From the IMG/VR virus record IMGVR_UViG_3300032236_000803, positions 1-64,000 of that record: 64,000 bases of DNA. One strand, 5' to 3'. Each line of letters begins with the position of its first letter. Within the stretch, counting starts at the first letter, position 1. Under the pieces are notes generated by a model. It was not told the DNA's origin. It saw only the letters and a list, made by a program, of their open reading frames with translations, and searched no databases. This DNA is from a virus. The position numbers and the translations under genes are program-made. This document shows, in pieces, positions 36,701 through 46,950 of the stretch.

Positions 36701-39700
36701 AAATTCAAAACGGAATTGCGGATTTATCAATCCAACCAGTTCAGCATAGAAGATATACTATGGCTGACATTGCCGGATTGGACGCAAGATTAGGACAAGT
36801 TGAATACTATACTTCATTGTCTGCTTTAGAGCAATCAGCAACCGGAATGCAAATCACTGACGCGTTTGGATTAAATAGATTCAAAAACGGTATTTTGACT
36901 GATGATTTTTCAAGTTTCTCTACTGCAGATACTGTTAATTCAGATTACAATGCAGCAATTAATAAGAGAACTCGTCAAATGTCTGCGCCACAGACAGTAC
37001 AAAATTTCCCACTTAAAAACCTTGCATTAGTATACAATGATTCATCTCCTTCTGCGAGTTTAATTGCGTCGTTGAATTATAAGATTTCCAAAGATGGATC
37101 AATTAATTATTTTAGTTTACCTTATACTTCAGCAAATCTCGTAGTTCAACAGATTGCTAGTAGGGTAACTAATATCAACCCCTTCTCAGTATCGTCATCT
37201 GTAGGAACTATATCTTTAACTCCTAATGTTGATACTTGGGTTGATACGAAATATGCTCCATCTCTGTTAATTACAGATCCATCTCTGCAGGTATTCAGAC
37301 AGTCTAATAGCATTAATGTTTTAAGCGTTGGTGATTGGCAAACTATTTCCGGAACAACCTATCTATCAGGTTCTTCTTCATCATCATCTTCGTCTACCAG
37401 CTATGATTTAAATCACAATTGGACTGTTGATAGAGGGTTTGGTTTAGGCGTTGGTACTCAAACTACCACAACTACTACGTCTACGACAGATACATATACA
37501 ACAGTATTACAACAGCAACAGAATAATATTCTGGGACCATACAGCAGTATCAACAACACGTACTCATTAAATAATGGTTATATTACAGACGTTAGTGTTG
37601 CTGCTTGGATTAGACCACAGGAAGTTGCGTTTAGAACTACTGGATTATTATTTAATTCTTATGTATCCAATTTCTTTGATAATACGAATGTTGATAACTA
37701 TATCCGTAAACCAAATATCATTGAATTAACCAATGTCAGCGGCACTTTCAATCCTTTTGATATTATAGGATATCCAGTTAGCGGAGGATTTATTTCTACT
37801 GCTAAGATTTTGGATGTATATCCGCATCCCGGCACTAACAATGTTAGGTTATATGTTGCTGCTGATGGATATTCTTCTTTATATACCAACGGTACTGTAA
37901 TTTATAAAGGAACATTTGACGCTAGTGGAAACTGGATATTAACTTCAAGTACGCCACAGGGAACAATTTCAGTTTCTCAACATTTTGGCGGAGTTGTTCA
38001 TAGTAATGCTAATTCAGCAACAAACATGGTACAATTGTCTTCTGTTGCTCCTGTTGTTACTAACTATTACGGAACAGATAGTTCAAATACCATTTACATT
38101 CTATCCGGTACTGGCGCGGGACAATCTGCTAATATTGTTTCATATAATGCTGCGTCTAAAATGGTTACAATTTCTCCTTCTATTTACACAAAATACGGAG
38201 ACATGTATTCCATTGGAAAGACAAAAGGAACTACTATAACTTCGTTTAAAGTTAATGAAGAAGGTAATTATTCTGGTGTTTTTGTTATTCCTAATGGCCA
38301 ATTCCATACTGGACAAAGAGTATTTTCTGTTGATAACAGAATTAACAATGACGCGACCACAATAACAACTAGTGCCCAATCAGTATTTTATGCAGAAGGG
38401 TTACAAACAACTGCTCAGAAATTGAATTTTGGCGCATCACCTGCTGGGGCAGCTGGAACATTTACGCAAACCAATTATCAAACAGTTTCGTTTACTACGA
38501 CATCTAGTTCGTCGTCTAGTTCGTCTTCAACGTCTGCTTGGGATCCATTAGCGCAGACGTTTATTATAGATCCAACGAATTATCCTAATGGAGCGTTTTT
38601 AAGTTCTCTGAAAGTGTTTTTCTCATCAGCACCTACAAGCGATACGTCTACTGTTACTTTGTCTATTGTAGGAACTCTGAACGGATATCCTAACGGAGAT
38701 GTTCTGGATCACTCTATTGTTACTTTGAAACCTTCTCAAGTTAATACTTCGCAGAATCCGCAATATCTTGATTCTACGACTTATACTGAGTTTGTTTTCT
38801 CTGCACCAGTTTATATTGCTTCTGGTACTTTATATGCGTTTATTTTGAAATCAAATTCAAATGAATATAAATTATGGACTGCTGCAAACGGTGATACTGC
38901 GATCCCGTCATCTGTTAAGAATTATCCAACAGACCCAACGCCAACTAACATAACTAAAATCACTACAGCACCTTATGTTGGTGGATTGTTCATATCACAG
39001 AATGCACAGACTTGGACTGCTGATCAAAATCAAAGTTTAATGTTTGTTATTAATCGTTGCGTATTTGATACAACCCAAAATCCGTTAATAAGAATGGTTG
39101 TTCCTCAAATGTTGCCTGGTAGAACTTTGATTGAACAAAGCGTTAATTATTTGAATAACGCCAATTCAATAGCAAATACAGTAGCAACATACTCAGCTAA
39201 CAACGTTCTTGTTGATGCGTTTAATTTGACGACAACGGATTTTATTCCTACTGCCACTCAGATAAATTATGGATATCAAGCAACATTGGCTTCGTCTTTT
39301 GCTGCTACTGGAATACAAAACATTAATCCGGGTAGATACGGTACTAGTATTTTCGATCACATTTATCTTAATGATAACAATGGTGAAAGAGTGTTGATTT
39401 CTAATACATCAACTTCATTCTCTATGTATGCACAGTTAAGTTCAACTGATGATAAAGTGAGTCCAATTCTTTCTGATGCTGGATCAACTGTCTACACTAT
39501 AACCTATAATATCAATAATTGTCCTTTATCAAATAGTTTAATTACTATTGCTAATGGCGGTAGCGGTTACAACGTGAATACAACAAGCGTATCAATTTCT
39601 TCTCCTACAGGAAAGAACGGTTCGCAAGCATATGCCACTGCTAATATAGCAAATGGGTCAATTAACCGTATTGATATAATTGTTCCAGGTTCTGGTTATA

Positions 39701-40224
39701 TTACTACGCCAACAATAACAATTACTGACGCTAATTCTTCGCCTGGTAATGGCGCTTCTGTTATAATTACTGGCGAAACTTCCGTACACGGAGGACCAGC
39801 TGCAACTAAATATTTCACTAAGAAAGTTGTATTAGCAGCAGGAAATGATTCTGGAGATTTAAACGTTTACTTAACTGCATATCGTCCAGTTAATACTGAT
39901 ATTCTTGTTTATTATAAAATTTTAAGTTCTTCTGATCCGCAAACTTTCGAAAGCGGATATTGGCAATTAATGACCAAGACCCAAAGTTCAGATACTTTAT
40001 ATTCAACAACAAGAACTGACCTACACGAATATGTATTTGCTCCAGGAGTAAATGGCACTGATCAAGGATATATATCGTATGTTAGTACGAATGGTCAAAC
40101 TTATTACAACTTTATACAGTTTGCTATAAAAGTTGTATTAGTTTCAACTGACAATACTAGCGTTCCTTTCCTGAGCGATTTAAGAGCAATAGCATTACCT
40201 GCTAACGTTAATACTACATCATAA
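33799..40224 (+). CDS. large virion structural protein (VrlC/DUF4815-like)
   Basis: NFNVSPYFDDF..ILFKPG..QARELTQ, APGADRY, RFKNGILTDDF and DPLAQTF motifs. Confidence 0.85.
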   Translation: MSLNFNVSPYFDDFDSSKNFHRILFKPGVAVQARELTQSQTILQNQVTSFADNIFKQNSPVTGGQVTTNFNCYYIKLEPTYNGASIDVTQFNNLLVTNADGSVVARVIAVVQGTGTTGLGDPPTIIISYKSGIHFVDNDIIYDVNSNLAAQAISLYSSGLSSVASIAKGVFYVLGNFVQVSDSTVVLSKYSNNPSIRIGLTITETVYDYINDSSLLDPAIGASNYQAPGADRYLISLTLDTRNLLLGDDQNFIELVRVQDGNVYKMVDGSVYATIDDYFAKRDYETNGDYIVNNFKLTPKVNSSNSSTYILNVGKGLAYVRGYRVENPSPVELISDKARTTASITNDPVYTGYGSYFYVSNLRGANGSFFDVTTEQAIDLHCVAPSSVNVSSSITYNSTLVASGYTRGLTFSNASDTANANTFVYNLYTNDLQYATLSGNCISSTANTVTLPITLSAIDSAYNGVSISITNGTDYGDFKTIIAYNGSTRVATVDSNWAINPDTSSVFSLNFTSGDVESILTVNKASYPATLYGTAKIDNSGKVGGLSNGYSILENPGSPELLFTIGNPFVQSISSGSYVTTQEIRNVGFTSSGSTLSAQISYTGNYNGIITHIGPTTGNLPISQVLQQYTIVVTNAGTNTKIKVGDIIPWTTTANANRTVALSSGGITATFSTTTSDLSPFTATIVAKVFVENAVDTNQNAILKYKTLVTANSNTVNMAGTQINTYTFVDDSASSTGQIYIINAGIVSPGSKQSLYLSDVLKINKIIDTGSPSANATLAMLSNPNYDVTGNYIFDNGQRDSYYDHASITLRPGAPKPAGNLLVLVNYFKHSGGDGYFSVASYPTVVNGQDFYRQIPVYQAKSGTYYNLRDSLDFRPARLNAQTSFIFRYGNNNVSNYGVLLPIDSGLFTCNYSYYLGRKDLLVITKDRNIQIIEGTPSLSPILPNGPDGCLILANLLLNPYTGYLPTEIQNGIADLSIQPVQHRRYTMADIAGLDARLGQVEYYTSLSALEQSATGMQITDAFGLNRFKNGILTDDFSSFSTADTVNSDYNAAINKRTRQMSAPQTVQNFPLKNLALVYNDSSPSASLIASLNYKISKDGSINYFSLPYTSANLVVQQIASRVTNINPFSVSSSVGTISLTPNVDTWVDTKYAPSLLITDPSLQVFRQSNSINVLSVGDWQTISGTTYLSGSSSSSSSSTSYDLNHNWTVDRGFGLGVGTQTTTTTTSTTDTYTTVLQQQQNNILGPYSSINNTYSLNNGYITDVSVAAWIRPQEVAFRTTGLLFNSYVSNFFDNTNVDNYIRKPNIIELTNVSGTFNPFDIIGYPVSGGFISTAKILDVYPHPGTNNVRLYVAADGYSSLYTNGTVIYKGTFDASGNWILTSSTPQGTISVSQHFGGVVHSNANSATNMVQLSSVAPVVTNYYGTDSSNTIYILSGTGAGQSANIVSYNAASKMVTISPSIYTKYGDMYSIGKTKGTTITSFKVNEEGNYSGVFVIPNGQFHTGQRVFSVDNRINNDATTITTSAQSVFYAEGLQTTAQKLNFGASPAGAAGTFTQTNYQTVSFTTTSSSSSSSSSTSAWDPLAQTFIIDPTNYPNGAFLSSLKVFFSSAPTSDTSTVTLSIVGTLNGYPNGDVLDHSIVTLKPSQVNTSQNPQYLDSTTYTEFVFSAPVYIASGTLYAFILKSNSNEYKLWTAANGDTAIPSSVKNYPTDPTPTNITKITTAPYVGGLFISQNAQTWTADQNQSLMFVINRCVFDTTQNPLIRMVVPQMLPGRTLIEQSVNYLNNANSIANTVATYSANNVLVDAFNLTTTDFIPTATQINYGYQATLASSFAATGIQNINPGRYGTSIFDHIYLNDNNGERVLISNTSTSFSMYAQLSSTDDKVSPILSDAGSTVYTITYNINNCPLSNSLITIANGGSGYNVNTTSVSISSPTGKNGSQAYATANIANGSINRIDIIVPGSGYITTPTITITDANSSPGNGASVIITGETSVHGGPAATKYFTKKVVLAAGNDSGDLNVYLTAYRPVNTDILVYYKILSSSDPQTFESGYWQLMTKTQSSDTLYSTTRTDLHEYVFAPGVNGTDQGYISYVSTNGQTYYNFIQFAIKVVLVSTDNTSVPFLSDLRAIALPANVNTTS

Positions 40225-40225
40225 T

Positions 40226-40456
40226 ATGACAATACTTAAAGTGCAGGGTACTCATCTGATAAGGGACACCAATAGCGGTGCCCTTATCAACAGGGATATG
40301 AATGGCCTACAAGAATATAATAAAAAAAGACAAATGATGGCCAATCAAAAAGAAGAAATAAATACTATTAAAACAGATGTCGATAACATCAAAAAAGATT
40401 TGTCTGAAATAAAGCAAATGATGCTACAACTATTAGATAAAGGTCCAAATGTCTAA
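40226..40456 (+). CDS. small coiled-coil protein typically following VrlC
   Basis: LIRDTNSGALIN followed by a heptad region. Confidence 0.7.
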   Translation: MTILKVQGTHLIRDTNSGALINRDMNGLQEYNKKRQMMANQKEEINTIKTDVDNIKKDLSEIKQMMLQLLDKGPNV

Positions 40457-43211
40457 CTTTACTCCAGCGCAACAATTTAATATTCTCAACTATGCCAATA
40501 CGTTTGGTGATTGGGTAGTAACAACTAACGCTTTAGTTCTGCAAAATAACGATCTTGCTGCTAATAACTTTACTAAAGCATCAGGAACGCTTTATCTTTC
40601 TGATCCATCTCTTGCTTTGCAAGCTAATACTGCTTCAATTTTCCAGAGTTCTGTACAGGTTATCGGCGTTGGTTCATATGCTTATATACAGAACAATTTA
40701 ACTGTTGGTGCTCCGGGTACAACCAGTAACGGACAAGTATATTTAAATTATCTTGGTGCTGGTCCTGCGCTAACTTCATACGGTTCTATTTTCGCAGACG
40801 GGGCAAACACAGGACTTCTTGTAGCGAATACCGCAAATATTGGCGGTAAATTATACGTATCTAATACTGCATCGTTTTCTAATACAGTAACAATATATGG
40901 TACTGCATACGTTGCGAATAATCTATTCTCTTCTAATACGGTATATGCCGATAAAATCCAAGGCAATACCAGCGTAAATACTTTAGTATTAACTGCGCTG
41001 ACTGAAGTTTATACTAATCTGTTGCAGTCTAATACTGCTGTAAGTACGAATTACCTAGTTTCTGATAGAGTTCAAGCTAATACAAGCGTAACAACAACTA
41101 GTGTTTATGCGTCTAATAGCGTAACTGCAATGACTGTATCTGCTGTAAGTAATGTATTTACAAATTCTATACAATCTAACAGCAGCATTAATACAACCAA
41201 TTCTATTGCAAATGTTGTACAAGCTAATTCGTATGTAAATACTGCTACATTAATAGCAACAAGTAATGTCTTCACTAATACATTACAAGCAAATGTTTCA
41301 GTTAATACTGCATCAGTTTATGCTAACAATATTCAAGCTAATACCATAAGTACGCTTGCGTTCATTGCAAACACTATACAATCGAATACTTCTGTTAATA
41401 CTGCATCATTGACTGTAACTGGTATTGCTACTATCGGTAATGTAATGACTAATATTGTTACTGCAAACTCAGCGGTAATTGGGGCTGGTGGATTAACAAT
41501 TGGCGGTAATTTCGTAATAAGTGGCGCAACAGTTTTCAATTCTCCTACTTTTACAATAAGCGCAAACAGTCCAAATCCTCCTGTAATATTAAATCCTGGA
41601 TATGCTGTTTATAGATCAACCGCTAATGCTTTAATCCGTTGGAATGAAGCTAATACTTATTGGGATATGAACGATGTCAATAGCGGAGCATTCTATAGAG
41701 TATTAACTGACAAATATTTAAGTAATTCTGGCGTATTGAATAGTTCTGGGAATGTTGCAACTTCTTCTGCGTTATATTATGCTAATAATTGGTTACAGGC
41801 AAACGATTCATTAACTTTATCTAATGCTGTAGCTTACGCAAACGCAGCTAATCTTTGGTTACAGGCAAATGACTCATTGACATTGGCAACTGCCCAAACG
41901 TTTTCAAGTAATGCCAATAACATAACTTCTGGTATTTTATCTTTAACACGATTACCTACTTCTGGCGTTGTTGCTGGCGTTTATGGTAATACTGTTAGTA
42001 TACCTACTGTTACGGTTGACCAATACGGAAGAGTAACTGCAGTAAGTAATAACGCAGTATCAACCACGATCAATTTAGCAGGTTCTATTGGAACTGGATC
42101 TGTTGCTGGCGGCGGGACATTAACTTTATCATCTTCTAATACAGCAATAACTAATGTAACTGCCTCTGGATCTACGTTAACAATTAATCCTCAATTATCA
42201 GGAGTTGTTTCAGGATCATATGGTAATGCTACGACTATACCAACAATTACAGTTGATCAATATGGTAGAGTTTTATCAGTTGCAAATAATGCAGTATCAA
42301 CCACGATCAATTTAACAGGTAATTCTGGAACTGGTTCTGTTGCTGGTGGTAATACTTTAATACTAAGTTCATCAAATTCTTCAGTAACAAATGTAGCTGC
42401 TTCCGGAAATACGTTAACAATAAATCCGCAATTATCTGGTGTTACTCCCGGTTCGTATATAATATCTAGTATAACTGTTGACCAATATGGTCGCGTAACT
42501 AGCGCAAGTTCTGGATCTGTTGCTGGCGTAAGTATAAACAATGATACTACATCAGCTTATACTTTCTATCCTTTATTATCGCTTACTACTACTGGAAGTT
42601 TGGCAACAACCAATACTTCAAGTACGAAGTTATCGTTTACTCCGTCCACAGGTATATTATCTGCAACAGGATTTTCTGGATCGGGAGCAGGGTTAACAGG
42701 AACTGGTATTAATTTCACAGCCAATACTGTGGCTAATATCACAGGAACTCAAGTTACTAATGCTCTTGGATATACTCCTTATAATTCAAGCAATCCAAAT
42801 GGATATCTTGCAAATACTTCATCTGCTTCATTTTCAGGGTTAGCTGTAACTGGACAAACTACTTCAACAAAAGGCTACAGAGAAGGTGTGGTTGCAGTCG
42901 GTACAGTAACAGGAGCAACCAATTTAGATTTATCGCAAGGAAATATATTTACAATTACGTTGGGCGCAAGCGGTGTAGCATTTACATTCACAAATCCTCC
43001 GGCATCTGGCGTTGCTTGTACAATAACGTTGATAATAACACAAGACGGTACTGGATCTAGAACGTTTGGATCAATTACTGGTTCTGTTTGGACAGATGGT
43101 AATAAACCAGTTTTAACAACCACTGCTAGTAAAACGGATATGTTATCATTAATGACTGTTAATGGCGGCAGTACTTATTATGGCTCATTCGCAGGAGCAA
43201 ATTTCGGATAA
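40449..43211 (+). CDS. tail fibre-like structural protein
   Basis: NTFGDW N-terminus, three TVDQYGRV repeats, C-terminal IITQDGTGSRT receptor-binding-like domain. Confidence 0.75.
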   Translation: MSNFTPAQQFNILNYANTFGDWVVTTNALVLQNNDLAANNFTKASGTLYLSDPSLALQANTASIFQSSVQVIGVGSYAYIQNNLTVGAPGTTSNGQVYLNYLGAGPALTSYGSIFADGANTGLLVANTANIGGKLYVSNTASFSNTVTIYGTAYVANNLFSSNTVYADKIQGNTSVNTLVLTALTEVYTNLLQSNTAVSTNYLVSDRVQANTSVTTTSVYASNSVTAMTVSAVSNVFTNSIQSNSSINTTNSIANVVQANSYVNTATLIATSNVFTNTLQANVSVNTASVYANNIQANTISTLAFIANTIQSNTSVNTASLTVTGIATIGNVMTNIVTANSAVIGAGGLTIGGNFVISGATVFNSPTFTISANSPNPPVILNPGYAVYRSTANALIRWNEANTYWDMNDVNSGAFYRVLTDKYLSNSGVLNSSGNVATSSALYYANNWLQANDSLTLSNAVAYANAANLWLQANDSLTLATAQTFSSNANNITSGILSLTRLPTSGVVAGVYGNTVSIPTVTVDQYGRVTAVSNNAVSTTINLAGSIGTGSVAGGGTLTLSSSNTAITNVTASGSTLTINPQLSGVVSGSYGNATTIPTITVDQYGRVLSVANNAVSTTINLTGNSGTGSVAGGNTLILSSSNSSVTNVAASGNTLTINPQLSGVTPGSYIISSITVDQYGRVTSASSGSVAGVSINNDTTSAYTFYPLLSLTTTGSLATTNTSSTKLSFTPSTGILSATGFSGSGAGLTGTGINFTANTVANITGTQVTNALGYTPYNSSNPNGYLANTSSASFSGLAVTGQTTSTKGYREGVVAVGTVTGATNLDLSQGNIFTITLGASGVAFTFTNPPASGVACTITLIITQDGTGSRTFGSITGSVWTDGNKPVLTTTASKTDMLSLMTVNGGSTYYGSFAGANFG

Positions 43212-43237
43212 TATATACTTTTATTTTATGGTATAGT

Positions 43238-44815
43238 ATGAAGAATCAAGTAGAATCTATTTTGATAGTGGGTGGAGGCAGCTCTGGTTGGATGACTGGA
43301 GCTGCTTTAGTAAAACATTTACCAAATGTTAAAATTTCTTTGGTTGAATCTCCTGATATTAAAACAATAGGAGTTGGAGAAAGTACGTTAGGACACATAA
43401 ATGAATTTTTTCATTTTTTAGGATTGCGAGATGAGGATTGGATGAAGCATTGTAATGCTACATACAAAACTTCAATTAAGTTTACTGATTTTAGAGACAA
43501 CCCAAAAGATAAACCTTATGTGTTTCATTATCCGTTTGGGCTTTGGGACTTAACAGACAAACCAAATGGGTTAATGGATTGGTTTGATTATAAAGCAAAA
43601 TATCCAGAAACTCCCTGTGAAAATTTCGCAGAATTTTATCATGACGCAGTATTAATGACTGATCATAATAAAATGACATATAACCAAAATGGCGCAATAA
43701 GGAATTTTAATCCATTCAATGATGTGGCTTATCATATGAATGCTGCGTTATTTGGTGAGTATTTAAGAGATTACGTTTGTAAGCCAAATGGTTTAAATCA
43801 TATATTGGCTACAGTTAAAGGCGCCAGTAAAGACGAATCCGGATGTATTTCAAAGATACATACAGATAAAGGGGATTTAACTGCCGATCTCTATATAGAT
43901 TGTACTGGATTCAAATCATTTCTATTAGAAGAAATTATGGGAATTCAGTTTGAATCTTTTGATGACTTATTAATGAATGATAGAGCTATAGCAGCTCCTA
44001 TTCAATACATTGATAAAAATAAAGAAATGGAATGTGTTACCAATTGTACTGCCATTGAAAATGGATGGGTATGGAATACCCCTTTATGGGATAGGATTGG
44101 AACTGGGTATGTTTATTCCAGTCAATTTGTATCAGATGATGATGCGTTAGGACAGTTTAAAAAACATTTGAAGTCGAATCGTATGATTTGTCAAAATGAT
44201 GCTAGAATAGATACAGCGGAATTTAGGCAACTTAAAATCAGACATGGTAAACACGAAAAGGCTTGGGAGAAAAATGTTGTTGCAGTAGGGTTATCAAATG
44301 GTTTTGTTGAACCTTTAGAATCAACAGGATTATTGATGACTCATGAAGCAATTATAAAATTAGTAAACATTTTAAAGGCAAGAAATAATTATTATAATAA
44401 ACTTGATGTTGATAGTTTTAATTTTTCTTTAAATAACCAAATAGATGGATTTAAAAATTTTATAGCTTTACATTATGCATTAAGTAAAAGGGATGACACG
44501 GAATATTGGAGACACGTCACGAATAATATTTCGTATAAAAATACAGGAATATTTGAATTTTTTTCGCATTCAATGATCAATTCTAGACGGTTTGCATCTA
44601 ATGTAACTGAAGGATTATTTTATATAGCAGCTGGTATGGGATACAATCCTACTGATAGTAGTAGATTAGATTTTCATAACATGGTATATAATGATGATCC
44701 ATATATTCCAGAAAAAGTTATGGATGAATGGTTAAAACATAAAAGACTCGTTATGAAAATTATTGATAGACTACCTACTCATTATGAATTTTTGAAGAAC
44801 AATATATATAAATAA
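43238..44815 (+). CDS. flavin-dependent halogenase (tryptophan halogenase/PrnA family)
   Basis: GGGSSG FAD motif, IGVGEST, ATYKTSIKF (catalytic Lys), FIDCTGF-like YIDCTGF, GWVWNTP and FVEPLESTG motifs. Confidence 0.92.
   Translation: MKNQVESILIVGGGSSGWMTGAALVKHLPNVKISLVESPDIKTIGVGESTLGHINEFFHFLGLRDEDWMKHCNATYKTSIKFTDFRDNPKDKPYVFHYPFGLWDLTDKPNGLMDWFDYKAKYPETPCENFAEFYHDAVLMTDHNKMTYNQNGAIRNFNPFNDVAYHMNAALFGEYLRDYVCKPNGLNHILATVKGASKDESGCISKIHTDKGDLTADLYIDCTGFKSFLLEEIMGIQFESFDDLLMNDRAIAAPIQYIDKNKEMECVTNCTAIENGWVWNTPLWDRIGTGYVYSSQFVSDDDALGQFKKHLKSNRMICQNDARIDTAEFRQLKIRHGKHEKAWEKNVVAVGLSNGFVEPLESTGLLMTHEAIIKLVNILKARNNYYNKLDVDSFNFSLNNQIDGFKNFIALHYALSKRDDTEYWRHVTNNISYKNTGIFEFFSHSMINSRRFASNVTEGLFYIAAGMGYNPTDSSRLDFHNMVYNDDPYIPEKVMDEWLKHKRLVMKIIDRLPTHYEFLKNNIYK
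44807..44814 (+). promoter_or_regulatory. T4 late promoter
   Basis: TATAAATA upstream of the Gly-rich cassette. Confidence 0.6.
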
Positions 44816-44847
44816 TTAAAGATAACATTTTATAAGGGTTTGTAAAG

Positions 44848-45150
44848 ATGAAACAAAACATTTTCCTATTTCATAGATTTGACAAACATGCGTCAGATCA
44901 TTTTAACATTAAAAACGTTATATTAAGAAATAAGAATATCCAAGTTCAAACTAGAGGTTATGGAACAGAAGCATCTTGGTCTGAATTTGTCAGTTCATTT
45001 ATTACTTCTTATAGCAAAATCATACTTGAAAATAACATTAAAATAGACCCTAATTTTGATGGATTTATTTTAATGTACGATGATACTATTTTAGAACAAA
45101 GAGTCATTTTAACTGATCTCAACGCAATAATCGCAGAATTATCAAGCTAA
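44848..45150 (+). CDS. hypothetical protein (100 aa)
   Basis: ORF in operon. Confidence 0.6.
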   Translation: MKQNIFLFHRFDKHASDHFNIKNVILRNKNIQVQTRGYGTEASWSEFVSSFITSYSKIILENNIKIDPNFDGFILMYDDTILEQRVILTDLNAIIAELSS

Positions 45151-45154
45151 AACT

Positions 45155-46510
45155 ATGCCAGGGTTTTTCAGAACATTAGCTCCAGCAGGATCGCAGACGC
45201 ATAATTCTGGTACATCCGGTTCATGGGCAGCACCGTTTCGCGTAAGAACCGTTAATATTTCAGTATTAGGCCAACCGGGAAATTCAGGTAATCCTGGAAA
45301 TCCTGGAAATGGCGGATCAGGAGGAAGCGCAGGTAATCCTGGAAATTCAGGTAATCCTGGAAGCCAAGGTAATTCTGGAAATCCAGGAGGACATGCTGGT
45401 GGCGGCGGTGGCGGCGGTGGCGGTGGCGGTGGTGTAGCGCACGTTGTAGTTAGAAATTACCCATATGGTAATTGTAGGGCTACTAATTCTATAGGACAAA
45501 TTAGTGGAAATTACGGGTGTGGTTCTGGCGGGCACTGCAGTAATGCTCCATATGGCGGAGGATGGGGAGGTAGCGGAGCGTCACACCAAGGCCAAGGGAA
45601 CAATTTCGGATGTTACGGAAAAGCTGGTGTGGGCGGTTCTGGCGGAAGCCACGGAAGAGCAGGAACTTTTTGCAGCAATTGTCATTCTCACTGCGGATTT
45701 AGTGGAAATCCAGGGACTGGCGGTCAACCAGGTGCTGCTGGTAATTCGGGAAATTACGGAGCTAGTGGGTCTAATGGTAATAGCGGTAATGGAGGAGGAT
45801 CAGGAAATCCAGGTAATGCAGGATCAGCAGGATCAACAGGAAATAGAGGAGCCAACACTAGTTTTAATATAGTAAATCAGACATATGTTGGTAGCGGGGG
45901 TTCTGGAGGTTCAGCAGGAAACGCAGGCAATCCTGGAAATGCAGGCAATCCAGGTTATGCTGGAAACGGCGGTTCTGCTGGAAACGGAGGCGCTGGAGGA
46001 AACGGAGGCAGCGGAGGATACAGCGTAACAGGAAATGCTGGCGGTGGCGGTAGTGGCATTGGCTTTCCTGGTAATCCAGGCCAACAAGGAGGAAGTATTA
46101 ATGGAAACTGGGGAGGCGGTGGACACGCAAATGCTGGCGTATCTTGGAATTCTGGTTCTGGCGGCGGAAGTGGCGGTGCTGGTGGACATGCTGGCGCAGG
46201 TATATGGTGTTTTCTTTATGGAAATGGACTTAACGCAGGTGGTACTGGCGGTCCAGGCGGTGCTGGCGGTGCTGGTGGGGGAACTTATGGTAATGGAGGT
46301 AACGGAGGTTCGCCAGGTAATTCAGGTTCAGGAGGAAATCCAGGAGGAGCTGGTTCTAACGGAAATGCTGGATCTGGAGCAGGTTCAGGAGGAAGCGGAA
46401 GCCCTGCATCAACATCTAATTATGGTTCACAAAATATAACATACAGAGTAGCCTACCCATATAGCGTAGCGCCATCTGGTTCAGTAACAATAAGTTGGAG
46501 TAGACAATAA
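45155..46510 (+). CDS. Gly-rich, partly collagen-like (G-N-P/G-x-y) fibre/adhesin protein
   Basis: Long GNP/GNS/GNA triplet runs and poly-Gly tracts flanking Cys-containing loops. Confidence 0.75.
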   Translation: MPGFFRTLAPAGSQTHNSGTSGSWAAPFRVRTVNISVLGQPGNSGNPGNPGNGGSGGSAGNPGNSGNPGSQGNSGNPGGHAGGGGGGGGGGGGVAHVVVRNYPYGNCRATNSIGQISGNYGCGSGGHCSNAPYGGGWGGSGASHQGQGNNFGCYGKAGVGGSGGSHGRAGTFCSNCHSHCGFSGNPGTGGQPGAAGNSGNYGASGSNGNSGNGGGSGNPGNAGSAGSTGNRGANTSFNIVNQTYVGSGGSGGSAGNAGNPGNAGNPGYAGNGGSAGNGGAGGNGGSGGYSVTGNAGGGGSGIGFPGNPGQQGGSINGNWGGGGHANAGVSWNSGSGGGSGGAGGHAGAGIWCFLYGNGLNAGGTGGPGGAGGAGGGTYGNGGNGGSPGNSGSGGNPGGAGSNGNAGSGAGSGGSGSPASTSNYGSQNITYRVAYPYSVAPSGSVTISWSRQ

Positions 46511-46935
46511 TGACAGAAGATAATTACAGTTATACGTATCAAGTAACAGGAACTAATATAGAAACTGGAACTTTTGTAGTAGAATATATGCCAGTTAGCA
46601 CAAATCTAACACCAATCAGCGTTAATTTACAATTAATTCCTTTATATTATACAGATATTGTTGACGCTAACAATGCTCCCATATATACATCTCAAGATGC
46701 AATCCCATTTGAATTACACCTAGAAAGCACTATTAATAGATATGCTCCTCTTATTCAATGGAGGAATCAATATATGATGAGCGATAACATTTCTAATATT
46801 GAATCAGCAAATGGAGCATTTAATCTTAGCGCAAATACTGTTTCTTATCCAAGCGGATTAACTGTGGTAAGAAATCCTAACGATGTAATATTTTCAACAG
46901 CATACAGTATTAAAGTTGTGGAATCTTCTAATTAA
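46510..46935 (+). CDS. hypothetical protein, possible fibre-associated/assembly factor
   Basis: Coupled to the Gly-rich gene. Confidence 0.55.
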   Translation: MTEDNYSYTYQVTGTNIETGTFVVEYMPVSTNLTPISVNLQLIPLYYTDIVDANNAPIYTSQDAIPFELHLESTINRYAPLIQWRNQYMMSDNISNIESANGAFNLSANTVSYPSGLTVVRNPNDVIFSTAYSIKVVESSN

Positions 46936-46950
46936 TTATAAAACAAATTT

